From: an uncultured cyanobacterium
GTDB taxonomy: Bacteria; Cyanobacteriota; Cyanobacteriia; Phormidesmidales; Phormidesmidaceae
Assembly: GCA_963793265.1 (NCBI GenBank)
Contig: CAWBZI010000006.1
Span: 960,001-1,024,000, forward strand
Reading direction: 5' to 3'
DNA: 64,000 nucleotides
In this document: one piece after another, positions 21,273 to 31,075 of the stretch
Numbering within the stretch: the stretch's first letter is position 1
Layout of the letters: each line of letters opens with the position of its first letter
Made by a program: the position numbers and the translations under genes
Notes under the pieces: generated by a model
The model's database searches: none
Told to the model about the DNA's origin: nothing
Seen by the model: only the letters and a program-made list of their open reading frames with translations

Positions 21273-22813
21273 ACGCTTGCAAGCGAAGCGGTTGAGCTGC
21301 CCGAGGAGCTACCAGAGCGCACAAAGCTAGCGTGATTAGCAGGCGTCTGTGAGCCTAATGTTTGTGAGCCAGCGGCTACTGGGGCGATCACAGACGGCGC
21401 TGAATGACATATCGGTAGCAAAATTGTGAGCGTAGTCCCCTGATTTTGAGCACTTTCAACGGAGATACTGCCGCCCATTCGCGCGACCAACTGCTGTACG
21501 AGCGTAAGTCCTAACCCAGCACCAGGCGCACTCTCGCCGCTAGCAGGACAGCGATAAAAGGCGTCGAACAGCCTGTCTGTATCCGTCTTCGCAATACCTG
21601 CGCCCGAATCTCGTACCGTTAGCGCGATAGCGTTAGCGTCGTGAGCAGCAGCAGCGACCCAAACTCGCCCCCCTTGAGGCGTAATTTGAATACCGTTTTT
21701 AATTAAATGAATCACGATCTTTTTCAGCTCTGACTCTACGCACAGCACCTCGTTCAGGCTAGCGGGAATCGTGTATGCCAGCATAATGCCGCGCTCTTCG
21801 GCGATTGGCTGATAGGTGCTCACAATGCCTGGAATAATCTCGGCTAGCTGCACGGGCTGAGGATTGATAGCCTGAGTTGTTTGGATTTTAAGCAGGTCGG
21901 TGATGCCGTTGATCAATGACTTTTGGCGATCGCACTGCGTACTGATCATCTCCAGATATCGCTGCCTCTGCGGCAGCTTTAGCGCCGGGGAACCAAGCAA
22001 CGTCAGCGCCGTTTTAATCGTGGTCAGCGGCGAGTGTAGCTCCTGACGCGCCTTGGCTAAAAACTCAGGCGAAAGCGAACGCTCTGAAAGTTCCGAGTCG
22101 TCTTTACTGGCATTGCGGTAGGTGGACAGCTGGGATCGCAAGTCCTCTTGAAACTGTAGCTGCCAGGCTAAAAAAGTGCCGGTTAGCGGGAGCGCTTCAT
22201 GAGCCAGCAAATCGACAGGAAATAATCGATCCCACTGACTTAGCGCCGCTCTGCCTTGCACAGATTCGTCCGTGTTTTGCAGCGGCTCAGTTGACGGCTC
22301 GTTCGACTGCTCAGCCGTGTCGCTCAAGCTATTTTCGATAATCTGCCTGATTCCTACGCCGAGTGCAGCCACCGAGCGCCCAGCAGTAGAACAATAGAGG
22401 CTGATAGTGCGCTTATCGGTGGTCGGCGGTGCGCTAGGCGGGTTACGAACAGCTAGCAGTGAGACGACAAAATTATCAGCGATCGCCACACACATATACT
22501 CTCGCTTGAGATCGTCGTCTTGATCAATCGCAATCGGGCGCAAGCTCGCTGCTAGATTATCTGGTGGTGTGCCTGTCTGATCTCCTAACGCATAGACTGT
22601 GCAACCTGCGGCCTGCTGAGCGTACTGCCAAACATCCGTCCACCAGGCGTCTCCTTTGGGCAGCTTGAGCCAAAGGGTCGCCGGAACCTGATGAGCAATC
22701 AGAAAGTTAGTCAGCGATTGCAGGGCAAACTTAAATCCCTTCGGCCCCATGAGAACTGCCGATGGTGGTGATTGGATACTGACCAGATGAGTCTGTAACG
22801 ATAAAGACGGCAT
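21269..22813 (-). CDS. Histidine kinase-like protein with a DICT-like N-terminal sensory region; phospho-His replaced by Gln
   Basis: HATPase_c with DSGAGI and GAGLGL; H-box reads RQELHSPLT instead of SHELRTPL. Confidence 0.8.
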   Translation of the reverse strand: MPSLSLQTHLVSIQSPPSAVLMGPKGFKFALQSLTNFLIAHQVPATLWLKLPKGDAWWTDVWQYAQQAAGCTVYALGDQTGTPPDNLAASLRPIAIDQDDDLKREYMCVAIADNFVVSLLAVRNPPSAPPTTDKRTISLYCSTAGRSVAALGVGIRQIIENSLSDTAEQSNEPSTEPLQNTDESVQGRAALSQWDRLFPVDLLAHEALPLTGTFLAWQLQFQEDLRSQLSTYRNASKDDSELSERSLSPEFLAKARQELHSPLTTIKTALTLLGSPALKLPQRQRYLEMISTQCDRQKSLINGITDLLKIQTTQAINPQPVQLAEIIPGIVSTYQPIAEERGIMLAYTIPASLNEVLCVESELKKIVIHLIKNGIQITPQGGRVWVAAAAHDANAIALTVRDSGAGIAKTDTDRLFDAFYRCPASGESAPGAGLGLTLVQQLVARMGGSISVESAQNQGTTLTILLPICHSAPSVIAPVAAGSQTLGSQTPANHASFVRSGSSSGSSTASLASV

Positions 22814-23132
22814 GGCTTACTGAGTTAGGAATAACTGGCCAGAGAATTCCGGCGCACGAGCGTTAGGTGTTTATAGAGTCCGATCACACTTTCAAAGCTG
22901 TCAACGGTATGGCCAACAAGCGGTGACTAAATGCAGTGAAAAGACCGTGTTTCCACGGACTCTATAGAAAACGAATAAAAGAGCGAAATGATTAAGCGGC
23001 AGGGGCTAACTGCCTTAAAGATGCCCAAAACAACTCTAGTTGTTAGCGGCAGGGGCATAAACATTCCGCGTTTTTGCCCTTATCACCGCATCTAATGCCC
23101 TTTTAATGCGGTCTGCCCCGTATTGACGGCAG

Positions 23133-24662
23133 CTACGCCCTCGCTGATATCCGCGCTTTCAAAGCCTCTCTAGACTGTTCGCGGTCATCAAAGTGAATTT
23201 TCTCAGTGCCCAAAATTTGATAGTCTTCGTGGCCTTTACCGGCAATTACAATGCCGTCTCCGGCCTGGGCTTGCAAAATAGCGCTACGAATGGCCTGGGC
23301 GCGATCGCAAATCACCTGATCCTCATCCAGCGGCCCCTCAATTCCAGCCACCACATCTTTTAGTATCTGCTCAGGATCTTCGGTTCGCGGATTATCGGAA
23401 GTCACAATCGCGCGATCGGCTTCTGCGTAGGCAATGCGGCCCATTTTCGGGCGTTTGGTGCGATCACGATCGCCCCCACAGCCAAACACACAAATCAGAT
23501 TCCCCGACACAAAAGGCCGCGCCGCCCTCAGCGCATTCTCTAAGCTATCGGGCGTATGAGCATAGTCCACAATCACACTGATGTCTTGATCAGGTTCTAC
23601 CTGCACACGCTCCATTCGCCCAGGCACACCTGCAAAACCGGGCAGGGCGGCCACGATTTGCTTGAGCAGCACATCCATATATAGCGCCGCGCCAACAGCT
23701 GCTAATAAATTTTCTAAATTAAACTGACCGACCAAAGGCGACGTAAAAGCAGCTTTGCCTTGAGGCGTGCAAAGCGTACCGCTTACCCCAGTCGCGCTAT
23801 AGCTCAAATCTTCCATATAAAGATCGGCGCTGGTGTCGTCTACGCTATACGTCCAAACTTTGCCTTTATCTAGGCGACTAATCAGCTTTTGCCCGTAAGC
23901 GTCGTCCTTATTAATAATCGCTTGGCCCTTTAGATAGTCAGGCCCAAACAGCAGCGCCTTCGACTCAAAATAGTCGTCCAGATCTTTGTGATAGTCGAGG
24001 TGATCTTGCGTGAGATTTGTAAAAACTGCCGCTTCAAACGGAATTCCCCAGGCCCGGTGCTGAGCCAGTGCGTGAGAGCTAATTTCCATAACGGCATTTT
24101 CGCAGCTTGCATCACGGGCACTGGCTAGCTCTGCCTGCAAGTCAATAGGAAAGGGTGTGGTGTGAACTGCCGTTTTTTCGTAACTTGGCCAGCGAGTGTA
24201 GAGGGTTCCTAAGATGGCCGTCTTTTGCTGAGCCTGATTGAGAAAGTATTCGATTAGGTGAGTCGTGGTGGTCTTGCCATTCGTACCCGTGACGCCGACC
24301 ATATTCATCGCCCGAGCGGGCCAGCCATAGAAATTCGCTGCTAGCTTCGCGCAAACACGTGCCATATCATCAGATGTCAGCACAAGGGCAGTCGCCTCGT
24401 TTGGCTTAGCTTCTAGCGCTTGAGGTGAAACCAAAGCAGCAATAGCGCCTTTATCGATGGCACCCTGCCAAAATTCGCCACCGTCCACGCGGGTGCCGGG
24501 CATTCCAACGAAAAGGTTGCCGGGGGTGATCGCCTGTGAATTGGCTGAAAGTCCGGTCACTTCCTTTTCCCAACTTGGATGCCCTGCCAAGCTATCTGAC
24601 ACCGTAAACCCCTTCAATTCAGAAAAAAGTTCTTTGAGCAGCATGTGTTTTCGCCTCTTCAC
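23133..24662 (-). CDS. murE: UDP-MurNAc-tripeptide synthetase (meso-DAP adding)
   Basis: GTNGKTT, DYAHTPD, DNPR (DAP specificity), AGKGHE motifs. Confidence 0.97.
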   Translation of the reverse strand: MKRRKHMLLKELFSELKGFTVSDSLAGHPSWEKEVTGLSANSQAITPGNLFVGMPGTRVDGGEFWQGAIDKGAIAALVSPQALEAKPNEATALVLTSDDMARVCAKLAANFYGWPARAMNMVGVTGTNGKTTTTHLIEYFLNQAQQKTAILGTLYTRWPSYEKTAVHTTPFPIDLQAELASARDASCENAVMEISSHALAQHRAWGIPFEAAVFTNLTQDHLDYHKDLDDYFESKALLFGPDYLKGQAIINKDDAYGQKLISRLDKGKVWTYSVDDTSADLYMEDLSYSATGVSGTLCTPQGKAAFTSPLVGQFNLENLLAAVGAALYMDVLLKQIVAALPGFAGVPGRMERVQVEPDQDISVIVDYAHTPDSLENALRAARPFVSGNLICVFGCGGDRDRTKRPKMGRIAYAEADRAIVTSDNPRTEDPEQILKDVVAGIEGPLDEDQVICDRAQAIRSAILQAQAGDGIVIAGKGHEDYQILGTEKIHFDDREQSREALKARISARA

Positions 24663-24754
24663 TCTATAGCTAACTTGTGGCTAAATATATCGGATCAAAC
24701 GCACCTCAGCTCATATATCAACCACCGTTGCTAACTAAGATCGTTTGGCTGAGA

Positions 24755-25033
24755 TTATGCCGTGAAAGGGCCTACATGCGTCTGTATCATCTGAGCTACC
24801 TTAGCCACTGAAGCCCGAGGCGAAGGTCTGGGCAATACTCGTTCAGTCTGACCCTCTTCTAAATCTTCTTGAATCGCGCATAAAACAGGCACTTCGTACT
24901 GATATTTCTGAAACCACACTTCATTGGTGGTGATATCTCGAACGTCTATTTGGATAGGTAGCGCTGCGAGCTTTTCGGCTAAGCCTTCGCAGAGATGGCA
25001 TCCTGGCTTGCTGTATAGAATAAGCGTCTTCAT
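24755..25033 (-). CDS. Glutaredoxin-like protein (DUF836)
   Basis: LYSKPGCHLC and YEVPVL motifs. Confidence 0.85.
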   Translation of the reverse strand: MKTLILYSKPGCHLCEGLAEKLAALPIQIDVRDITTNEVWFQKYQYEVPVLCAIQEDLEEGQTERVLPRPSPRASVAKVAQMIQTHVGPFTA

Positions 25034-25302
25034 TGTGTTGCGGGTAATTTTGTCATCAATTTAATCTATAGCGTTTACAAGCCGCCTGGCACTTGGCATT
25101 CAAACCTACTTTCGACCCGAATAAAATAATGTCCGGTATTCCGATCGGTTTATGCGTGATTAATAGAGTAGGATTAAAACTGTCATCTTAAAAAGCCGTT
25201 TAGAAGGCGCGTTTTTTAAGCAAATGACCGTTTGGATACTTCTTTATTGGCAAACCACTTCCGGCCACTATTTTTGACCGGCACTCATACCCAGCAACTA
25301 TT

Positions 25303-26055
25303 ATGGTTCAGTGCATAGAAGCCCTTCCCACCGCTCTTTCCAGTAGGGCTCCAAATACTTTCGATGGCGATGCGTTGGATTGCGATCGCCTCAATCAGCA
25401 ATTTGAGCAGGCCACCCCTCAAGAAATCCTGGCCTGGTGCATTTGCAATATCCCCGAAGGCTTAGTTCAAACCGCTTCTTTCAGCATGTTGACAGTTACT
25501 CACATGCTGTATAAAGAGCTAAGCCACCCAGTTCCTGTCATCTTTTTAGACACCCTTCACCTGTTCCCTGAGACGCTAGAAACCGTCAAGAAATCGGACT
25601 TCATTTACGACCTGGATCTCCACACGTACAAAGCGGTAGGTGCTGATACCCGTGAGGCATTTGCCGAACGCTATGGCGATAAGCTATGGGAGCGAGATGT
25701 CGATCAGTTTTACGCCATTACAAAAGTAGAGCCTCTACAAAGAGCTTTAGACGAGCTGCAAGTGAAAGCTTGGATCACAGGCCGTCGCCGCGATCAGTCT
25801 GATAGCCGTGCGCAGCTTCCTATCTTTGAGAAGACTGAGCAAGGGCGATTGAAGATTAATCCCCTGGCAAACTGGACGCTGAAAGACGTATGGGCCTATG
25901 TTGACGAGCACAACGTTGTCTACAATCCGCTACTCGACCAGGGCTATACCAGCATTGGCGATCAGCCTTTAACAACGCCTACGGCTAGCGGCGAAGATGA
26001 GCGTGCGGGCAGATGGCGCGGTACTGAGAAAACTGAGTGTGGTATTCACTGGTAG
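25303..26055 (+). CDS. cysH: Phosphoadenosine phosphosulfate reductase
   Basis: FLDT, WITGRRRDQ, GYTSIG and terminal ECGIH; no Fe-S cysteine pair, so PAPS type. Confidence 0.93.
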   Translation: MVQCIEALPTALSSRAPNTFDGDALDCDRLNQQFEQATPQEILAWCICNIPEGLVQTASFSMLTVTHMLYKELSHPVPVIFLDTLHLFPETLETVKKSDFIYDLDLHTYKAVGADTREAFAERYGDKLWERDVDQFYAITKVEPLQRALDELQVKAWITGRRRDQSDSRAQLPIFEKTEQGRLKINPLANWTLKDVWAYVDEHNVVYNPLLDQGYTSIGDQPLTTPTASGEDERAGRWRGTEKTECGIHW

Positions 26056-26085
26056 GTAAGGGTCACTGTAACTTGAGCCTACAAA

Positions 26086-26526
26086 TCAAGCCTTTTCAGA
26101 GGTTTCGCTAGCTAGTAATAAAACCTTCTTTTGCATCGTCTTAAAAATGTTGTAAAAGCCGTTTGCTCTTGAAGGCGTTAGGCTTACGTCTAACTGGGTT
26201 TCTTGAATGAAATCGGGCTCAAGGTGAACAATTTCAGCGGGCGTTAGGCCGCTCAAACCTTCAATTAACATCGCCAGTAGGCCCTTCGTAATTTGAGCAT
26301 CTGAATCGCCTTGAAAAGCGACCTTACCTTCGTTTATATCAGCCGTAATGTACACCTGAGAAACGCAGCCCGGCACCTTATTTTCAGGCACCTTTCCTTC
26401 AGATGGAAAAGGCGTTAGTTTTTTGGCATACCAAAGTAGCTGCTCGTAGCGGCGCTTGGGCTCGCTGATGCGGGCAAATCGTTTGACGAGTTTATCGAGT
26501 TGAGCAGGGCGAGAAGAAGCAGTCAT
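26086..26526 (-). CDS. sufE: Fe-S assembly sulfur acceptor SufE
   Basis: KVPGCVSQV, GDSDAQITKGL, LTPSRANG motifs. Confidence 0.95.
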   Translation of the reverse strand: MTASSRPAQLDKLVKRFARISEPKRRYEQLLWYAKKLTPFPSEGKVPENKVPGCVSQVYITADINEGKVAFQGDSDAQITKGLLAMLIEGLSGLTPAEIVHLEPDFIQETQLDVSLTPSRANGFYNIFKTMQKKVLLLASETSEKA

Positions 26527-26596
26527 GCAGGGTATGGAAGGAAAAAGCTTTCAAAGATCAGGTACTCTCCCACCATAGCGCTACAAGAGCGAGCTG

Positions 26597-26887
26597 TTAC
26601 TTGCTATTGGCCAAACCTTTTGAAGCGACTTCCTTTACCGCTCCTGATTCTTTGTTGCCAACAAAGCGATGGGCCACGGTTTCTGGTTGAATAGCCGACA
26701 AAATGACATGCCCTGAATCAGTGACCATCACGGCCCGAGTGCGCCTGCCATAGGTGGCATCGACAAGCTGACCGCGATCGCGTGCCTCAGAAATTACCCG
26801 CTTGATTGGAGCAGATTCTGGGCTCACAATGGCCACGAGTCGGTTGGCAGAAACAATGTTTCCAAATCCAATATTGATAAGCTTCAT
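26597..26887 (-). CDS. remA: RemA/YlzA (DUF370) family regulator
   Basis: [26 protein letters not shown] motifs. Confidence 0.9.
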   Translation of the reverse strand: MKLINIGFGNIVSANRLVAIVSPESAPIKRVISEARDRGQLVDATYGRRTRAVMVTDSGHVILSAIQPETVAHRFVGNKESGAVKEVASKGLANSK

Positions 26888-27466
26888 GTTCTTATTTGAA
26901 TTACTAAAGTGCTAGATGATGAATGGGAGTGATATGACTTAGAGTGAGTACAAGCAAGAAAGCGCAATAGAGCCGGTGGCCTTATCCGAGCAGCTTTGAT
27001 TAGCTGCCACACCGCAGCGGGCTAAACCGCACTGTCTAATTGATTCAAATATTGTTCACAGCGATTCTGGGCGTTGACAACAAACGCCTAGAATCGATAT
27101 TCAAAACAAGTACTCAAGAAAAACGAACTTTTTCGTAGGCCCACCCATATAAAAAACAGCCCTATCAGGAGCTGCCTTTGGGTAGAGCTACGCACACCTT
27201 TTAAGTTGATATCTTGTTTTACAATGCTAGCGAACAAGTAAGGCTTTTGTGTTGGCTTATGACACATCATTAGCCACAAAAACGAAAGCATTCGAGGATT
27301 TAGCGCTATATAGCCCTCAATGAGTACGCTAAAAGATTTATCAGGGCTTATAAATCTAGCTTTTCTAGGATTTACCTTACTTTTTTACGTTTGTTCTTAT
27401 TTATTAAGGAGCGTAAAAATTACCTACGAAAGGGTAGCTTCCAACAGTTTTTTCTAAGAGGTTTTC

Positions 27467-29257
27467 GTGCAGCCGGTCGATTTTACAACTCTCACGGCGG
27501 TCAGCGCTGATTTGCGATCACGCTGGCTTCCGGCGAGGTGCGAGCAGGTATACCAGCGCGACCCCTACACGCTCTTCATCGCTCTAAGAACGCTAGATTC
27601 ACGCGGCTGGCTGGCCATATCCTGGCATCCTCAAGCGGCCCGACTCCACATGGCCGAACCACCGCCAAAGCAGCCCGACACCTTCACCTTCTCCCAACAG
27701 CTCAAGCACCAGCTCGGCGGCTTAGCGCTCACGCACATTGCCACCGTCGCCCCCTGGGAGAGAGTTCTCGATCTTCAGTTCGCCCGCCGCCCCGACGAGC
27801 CTGCCCTATGGCATTTATATGTCGAAATTATGGGCAAATACAGCAACGTCATTTTAGCCACCGCAGATAACCAGATCGTGACGGCGGCTCATCAGGTCAG
27901 CGAGCAACAGTCAAGCGTTCGCCCCATTCAAACCGGCAAACCCTATGCCTATCCGCCCGCTATTCGTGGCAAGTTGCCGCAAATAGCAGAGCCGTTTGAA
28001 GACTGGCAGGAGCGTGTAGCCCTGATTCCTGGCGCGCTTAAGAAAATGCTGGTGAAGACGCATAGTGGTGTGAGTTCTGCGATCGCTAGCCAGCTCATCG
28101 TGGCTGCTCAGCTACCCTCAGGCGCTTTGACCACCGAACTTTCTGATAATGACTGGCGCACTCTCTTCAAACGCTGGCAGTTTTGGCTACACAGTCTAAA
28201 AGACGAAACCTTCACCCCCGGCTGGCAAGACAAAAGCTTCAGCAGCTACACCGTTTTAGGCATCGGTATAGAGAAGCCTGCTGACAACGTTCAAACACTG
28301 CTAGACGAGTATTACCGCCATCAGTTCAATCAAGAGGAGTTCCGCCGCCTGCACAACCGTATCAGCCAAAGGCTCAAAACGCTGCTCGCCAAGTTCCGGC
28401 AAAAAGCAAGTACCTTCTCTAAGCGACTAGATCAATCTGAGCAATCTGAGCGCTACCGGCAAAAAGCAGATCTGCTAATGGCCAATCTGCACCAGTGGAA
28501 AATCGGGATGTCTCAAATTGAGCTGGCCGACTTTGAAACAGGCGAGCCCGTTGTATTGCCACTAAATCCTGAGAAAAATGCGGTACAAAACGCGCAGGCG
28601 CTCTACAAACAAAGTCAGAAGCTAAAGCGGGCTAGAGCCGCCGTGATGCCTTTGCTGGCGGCAGTGAATGCCGAAATTAGCTATTTAGAGCAGGTAGAAG
28701 ATAGTTTGCAGCAGGTACCGGCTTATGAGGTGGAGGCTGATTTGCGATCGCTCGAAGAAACCCGCAGCGAACTCATCGCCCAAAGCTACCTGCGAGACAC
28801 CACTGGCTATCAGGCCGAAACCTCCTCCAACAAATCCGCCAAAAACCAATCTGGGCGAGGCAAAGGCAGCGTCAACTTCCGCCAGTTCAAAACGCCTCAG
28901 GGCTTTGACCTACTCATCGGTCGCAACAACAGCCAAAACGAACAGCTCACCTTCAAACAGGCCAGTGACTACGACCTGTGGTTTCACGCTCAAGAAATTC
29001 CCGGCAGTCATGTTTTATTACGCCTTGACGCTGGAGACACTCCCAGCGACGACACGCTTAATCTCGCTGCGAGCTTTGCCGCGTACTACAGCAGAGCCCA
29101 GCAGTCTGAGCAGGTGCCGGTTGTCTACACCGAGCCCAAGCACGTGTACAAGCCTAAAGGGGCCCTACCTGGCATGGTGATTTACAAGCACGAGCGAATT
29201 CTATGGGGGCAGCCGCAGCGGGTTCAGGGGCTAGTTGAGCGATCGCTAGAAAACTAA
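27467..29257 (+). CDS. NFACT/RqcH (FbpA-like) ribosome quality control protein
   Basis: ERVLDLQF, EIMGKYSNV, NAQALYK, GRNNSQNE, WFHAQEIPGSHV motifs. Confidence 0.9.
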   Translation: MQPVDFTTLTAVSADLRSRWLPARCEQVYQRDPYTLFIALRTLDSRGWLAISWHPQAARLHMAEPPPKQPDTFTFSQQLKHQLGGLALTHIATVAPWERVLDLQFARRPDEPALWHLYVEIMGKYSNVILATADNQIVTAAHQVSEQQSSVRPIQTGKPYAYPPAIRGKLPQIAEPFEDWQERVALIPGALKKMLVKTHSGVSSAIASQLIVAAQLPSGALTTELSDNDWRTLFKRWQFWLHSLKDETFTPGWQDKSFSSYTVLGIGIEKPADNVQTLLDEYYRHQFNQEEFRRLHNRISQRLKTLLAKFRQKASTFSKRLDQSEQSERYRQKADLLMANLHQWKIGMSQIELADFETGEPVVLPLNPEKNAVQNAQALYKQSQKLKRARAAVMPLLAAVNAEISYLEQVEDSLQQVPAYEVEADLRSLEETRSELIAQSYLRDTTGYQAETSSNKSAKNQSGRGKGSVNFRQFKTPQGFDLLIGRNNSQNEQLTFKQASDYDLWFHAQEIPGSHVLLRLDAGDTPSDDTLNLAASFAAYYSRAQQSEQVPVVYTEPKHVYKPKGALPGMVIYKHERILWGQPQRVQGLVERSLEN

Positions 29258-29320
29258 ATTCAAAAAATCGTCAGGGACATTGTTTTATGATTGATATTGG
29301 TCAATAAAACCAGGAACAGA

Positions 29321-30349
29321 ATGCGGCCCCTCAGCATTGCGCCCATGATGGATCGAACCGATCGTCACTATCGGTACTTCATGCGGCAAATTACTCGGCG
29401 AACGTTGCTCTACACCGAGATGGTTACCAGCATGGCCATTCGCTACGGTAATTTAGAAAAGCTTGTGGGCTTTAGCGCCGAGGAAAATCCTTTGGTACTG
29501 CAAGTGGGCGGCGACGATCCTAAAATGCTGGCGCACTGCGCCCGTGTCGCTGCTGAGTTTGGCTATAGCGAAATTAACTTGAATGTGGGGTGTCCGAGCG
29601 ATCGCGTTCAAAGTGGTAACTTCGGTGCGTGCCTGATGGCCCAACCCCAACTCGTAGCCGATTGCGTCGCTGCAATGATGGCCGCTTCAAGCCTGCCCGT
29701 GAGCGTCAAGCATCGCATCGGCATTGATGATCTTGACGGCTACGAAGACATGGCACGCTTTGTCGAAGTCGTCTCATCAGCGGGGTGTAACCGATTTAGC
29801 GTTCACGCTCGCAAGGCTTGGCTACAGGGTCTTAGCCCCAAAGACAATCGCACCGTTCCACCGCTCCGCTACAGCGACGTTTACCAGCTCAAGCAAGACT
29901 TTCCACAGCTTCAAATTGAGATTAACGGTGGCTTCAAAAATCTCGATCAGGCCAAAGCCCAGCTAGCGCATGTAGACGCCGTGATGATTGGCCGCGCAGC
30001 CTACGACAATCCCTACCTATTTGCGAGCGCCGACCGAGATATATTTGGCGATACGGCCCTACCACAGAGCCGCCACCAAGTTGTGCAGGCAATGCTGCCC
30101 TACATTGAGCGAACAGTTCACCAAGGCACTAGGCTACACAGCATCACGCGCCATATGCTGCACTTATTTCATGGTCAGCCGGGTAGCCGTATCTGGAAAC
30201 GCACTATCACTGAGCAAGCCTCGCAGCCGGGAGCAGGCGCGCAGGTCGTCGTCGACGCTTTAGCGCAGGTTAGTACAGCCGCCGACTTAGCTTTACATCA
30301 TCAGCAAAACGCAGATAGCACAGTGCTTGCAAAAGTAGACTCACGCTAG
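29321..30349 (+). CDS. dusA: tRNA dihydrouridine synthase DusA
   Basis: SIAPMMDRTD, NLNVGCPS, VKHRIG, HARKAWL, NGG motifs; the ATG at 29321 is preferred over 29291. Confidence 0.93.
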   Translation: MRPLSIAPMMDRTDRHYRYFMRQITRRTLLYTEMVTSMAIRYGNLEKLVGFSAEENPLVLQVGGDDPKMLAHCARVAAEFGYSEINLNVGCPSDRVQSGNFGACLMAQPQLVADCVAAMMAASSLPVSVKHRIGIDDLDGYEDMARFVEVVSSAGCNRFSVHARKAWLQGLSPKDNRTVPPLRYSDVYQLKQDFPQLQIEINGGFKNLDQAKAQLAHVDAVMIGRAAYDNPYLFASADRDIFGDTALPQSRHQVVQAMLPYIERTVHQGTRLHSITRHMLHLFHGQPGSRIWKRTITEQASQPGAGAQVVVDALAQVSTAADLALHHQQNADSTVLAKVDSR

Positions 30350-30475
30350 CGATATATTTTCAGAAAATTAGGTTTAATCATCTACAGATTCCCGTTTATT
30401 TGACGGGCACTTTGGGAAAGAACAGGCGGTACATGCCGTACAGCCGGAAGCGCGAGCCTAAGGAGAATCTAATTT

Positions 30476-31075
30476 ATGTCTATCGCAGGAATAGTACTGC
30501 TGATATCAATCACCATCATTGTGTTGGCGGTTTCGGTGGTGTGGAGAAGCTACAACCGACTGGTTACACTCCGTAATCGCTACCAAAATGCTTACTCACA
30601 AATCGACGTACAGCTACAGCGACGCTACGACCTGATTCCTAACTTAGTCGAGACTGCCAAGGGCTATATGGCTCACGAGCGCGAAACGTTAGAAGGCGTA
30701 ATTGCCGCGCGCAATCATGCTTTTAGCGCAGCTAGAGGCGCAGCGGCAGCACCCGGCAATCCTCAGGCAATGCAGCAGTCTGCTGAAGCTGAAGCGGGCC
30801 TGACCGGAATGCTAGGTCGGCTCATGGTGCTGACCGAGGCTTACCCCGACTTAAATGCCGATCAGTCTATGCAGACGGTCACCGAAGAGCTGCGCGTTAC
30901 TGAAAACAAGGTTTCGTTTGCGCGTCAGGCTTTTAACGATGAGGTGATGCTTTACAACACCAGCCGCGAAGTTTTTCCGAACAACATGATTTCTGGAGCC
31001 TTCAATTTCTCGCCTGCTGAGCTGTGGGCAGAGATGACGTTAGACGCTCGTCAGGCTCCTAGAGTCGCGTTCTAA
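30476..31075 (+). CDS. lemA: LemA family protein
   Basis: N-terminal TM, IDVQLQRRYDLIPNLVET, EAYPDL, FPNN motifs. Confidence 0.93.
   Translation: MSIAGIVLLISITIIVLAVSVVWRSYNRLVTLRNRYQNAYSQIDVQLQRRYDLIPNLVETAKGYMAHERETLEGVIAARNHAFSAARGAAAAPGNPQAMQQSAEAEAGLTGMLGRLMVLTEAYPDLNADQSMQTVTEELRVTENKVSFARQAFNDEVMLYNTSREVFPNNMISGAFNFSPAELWAEMTLDARQAPRVAF

Noticed and set aside
22990..23125. c-di-GMP or other known riboswitch
   Set aside because: A GGCAAA string is present, but I could not find the remaining consensus elements.
27088..27291. 67 aa ORF between remA and the NFACT gene
   Set aside because: No recognisable features; lies in a divergent promoter region.
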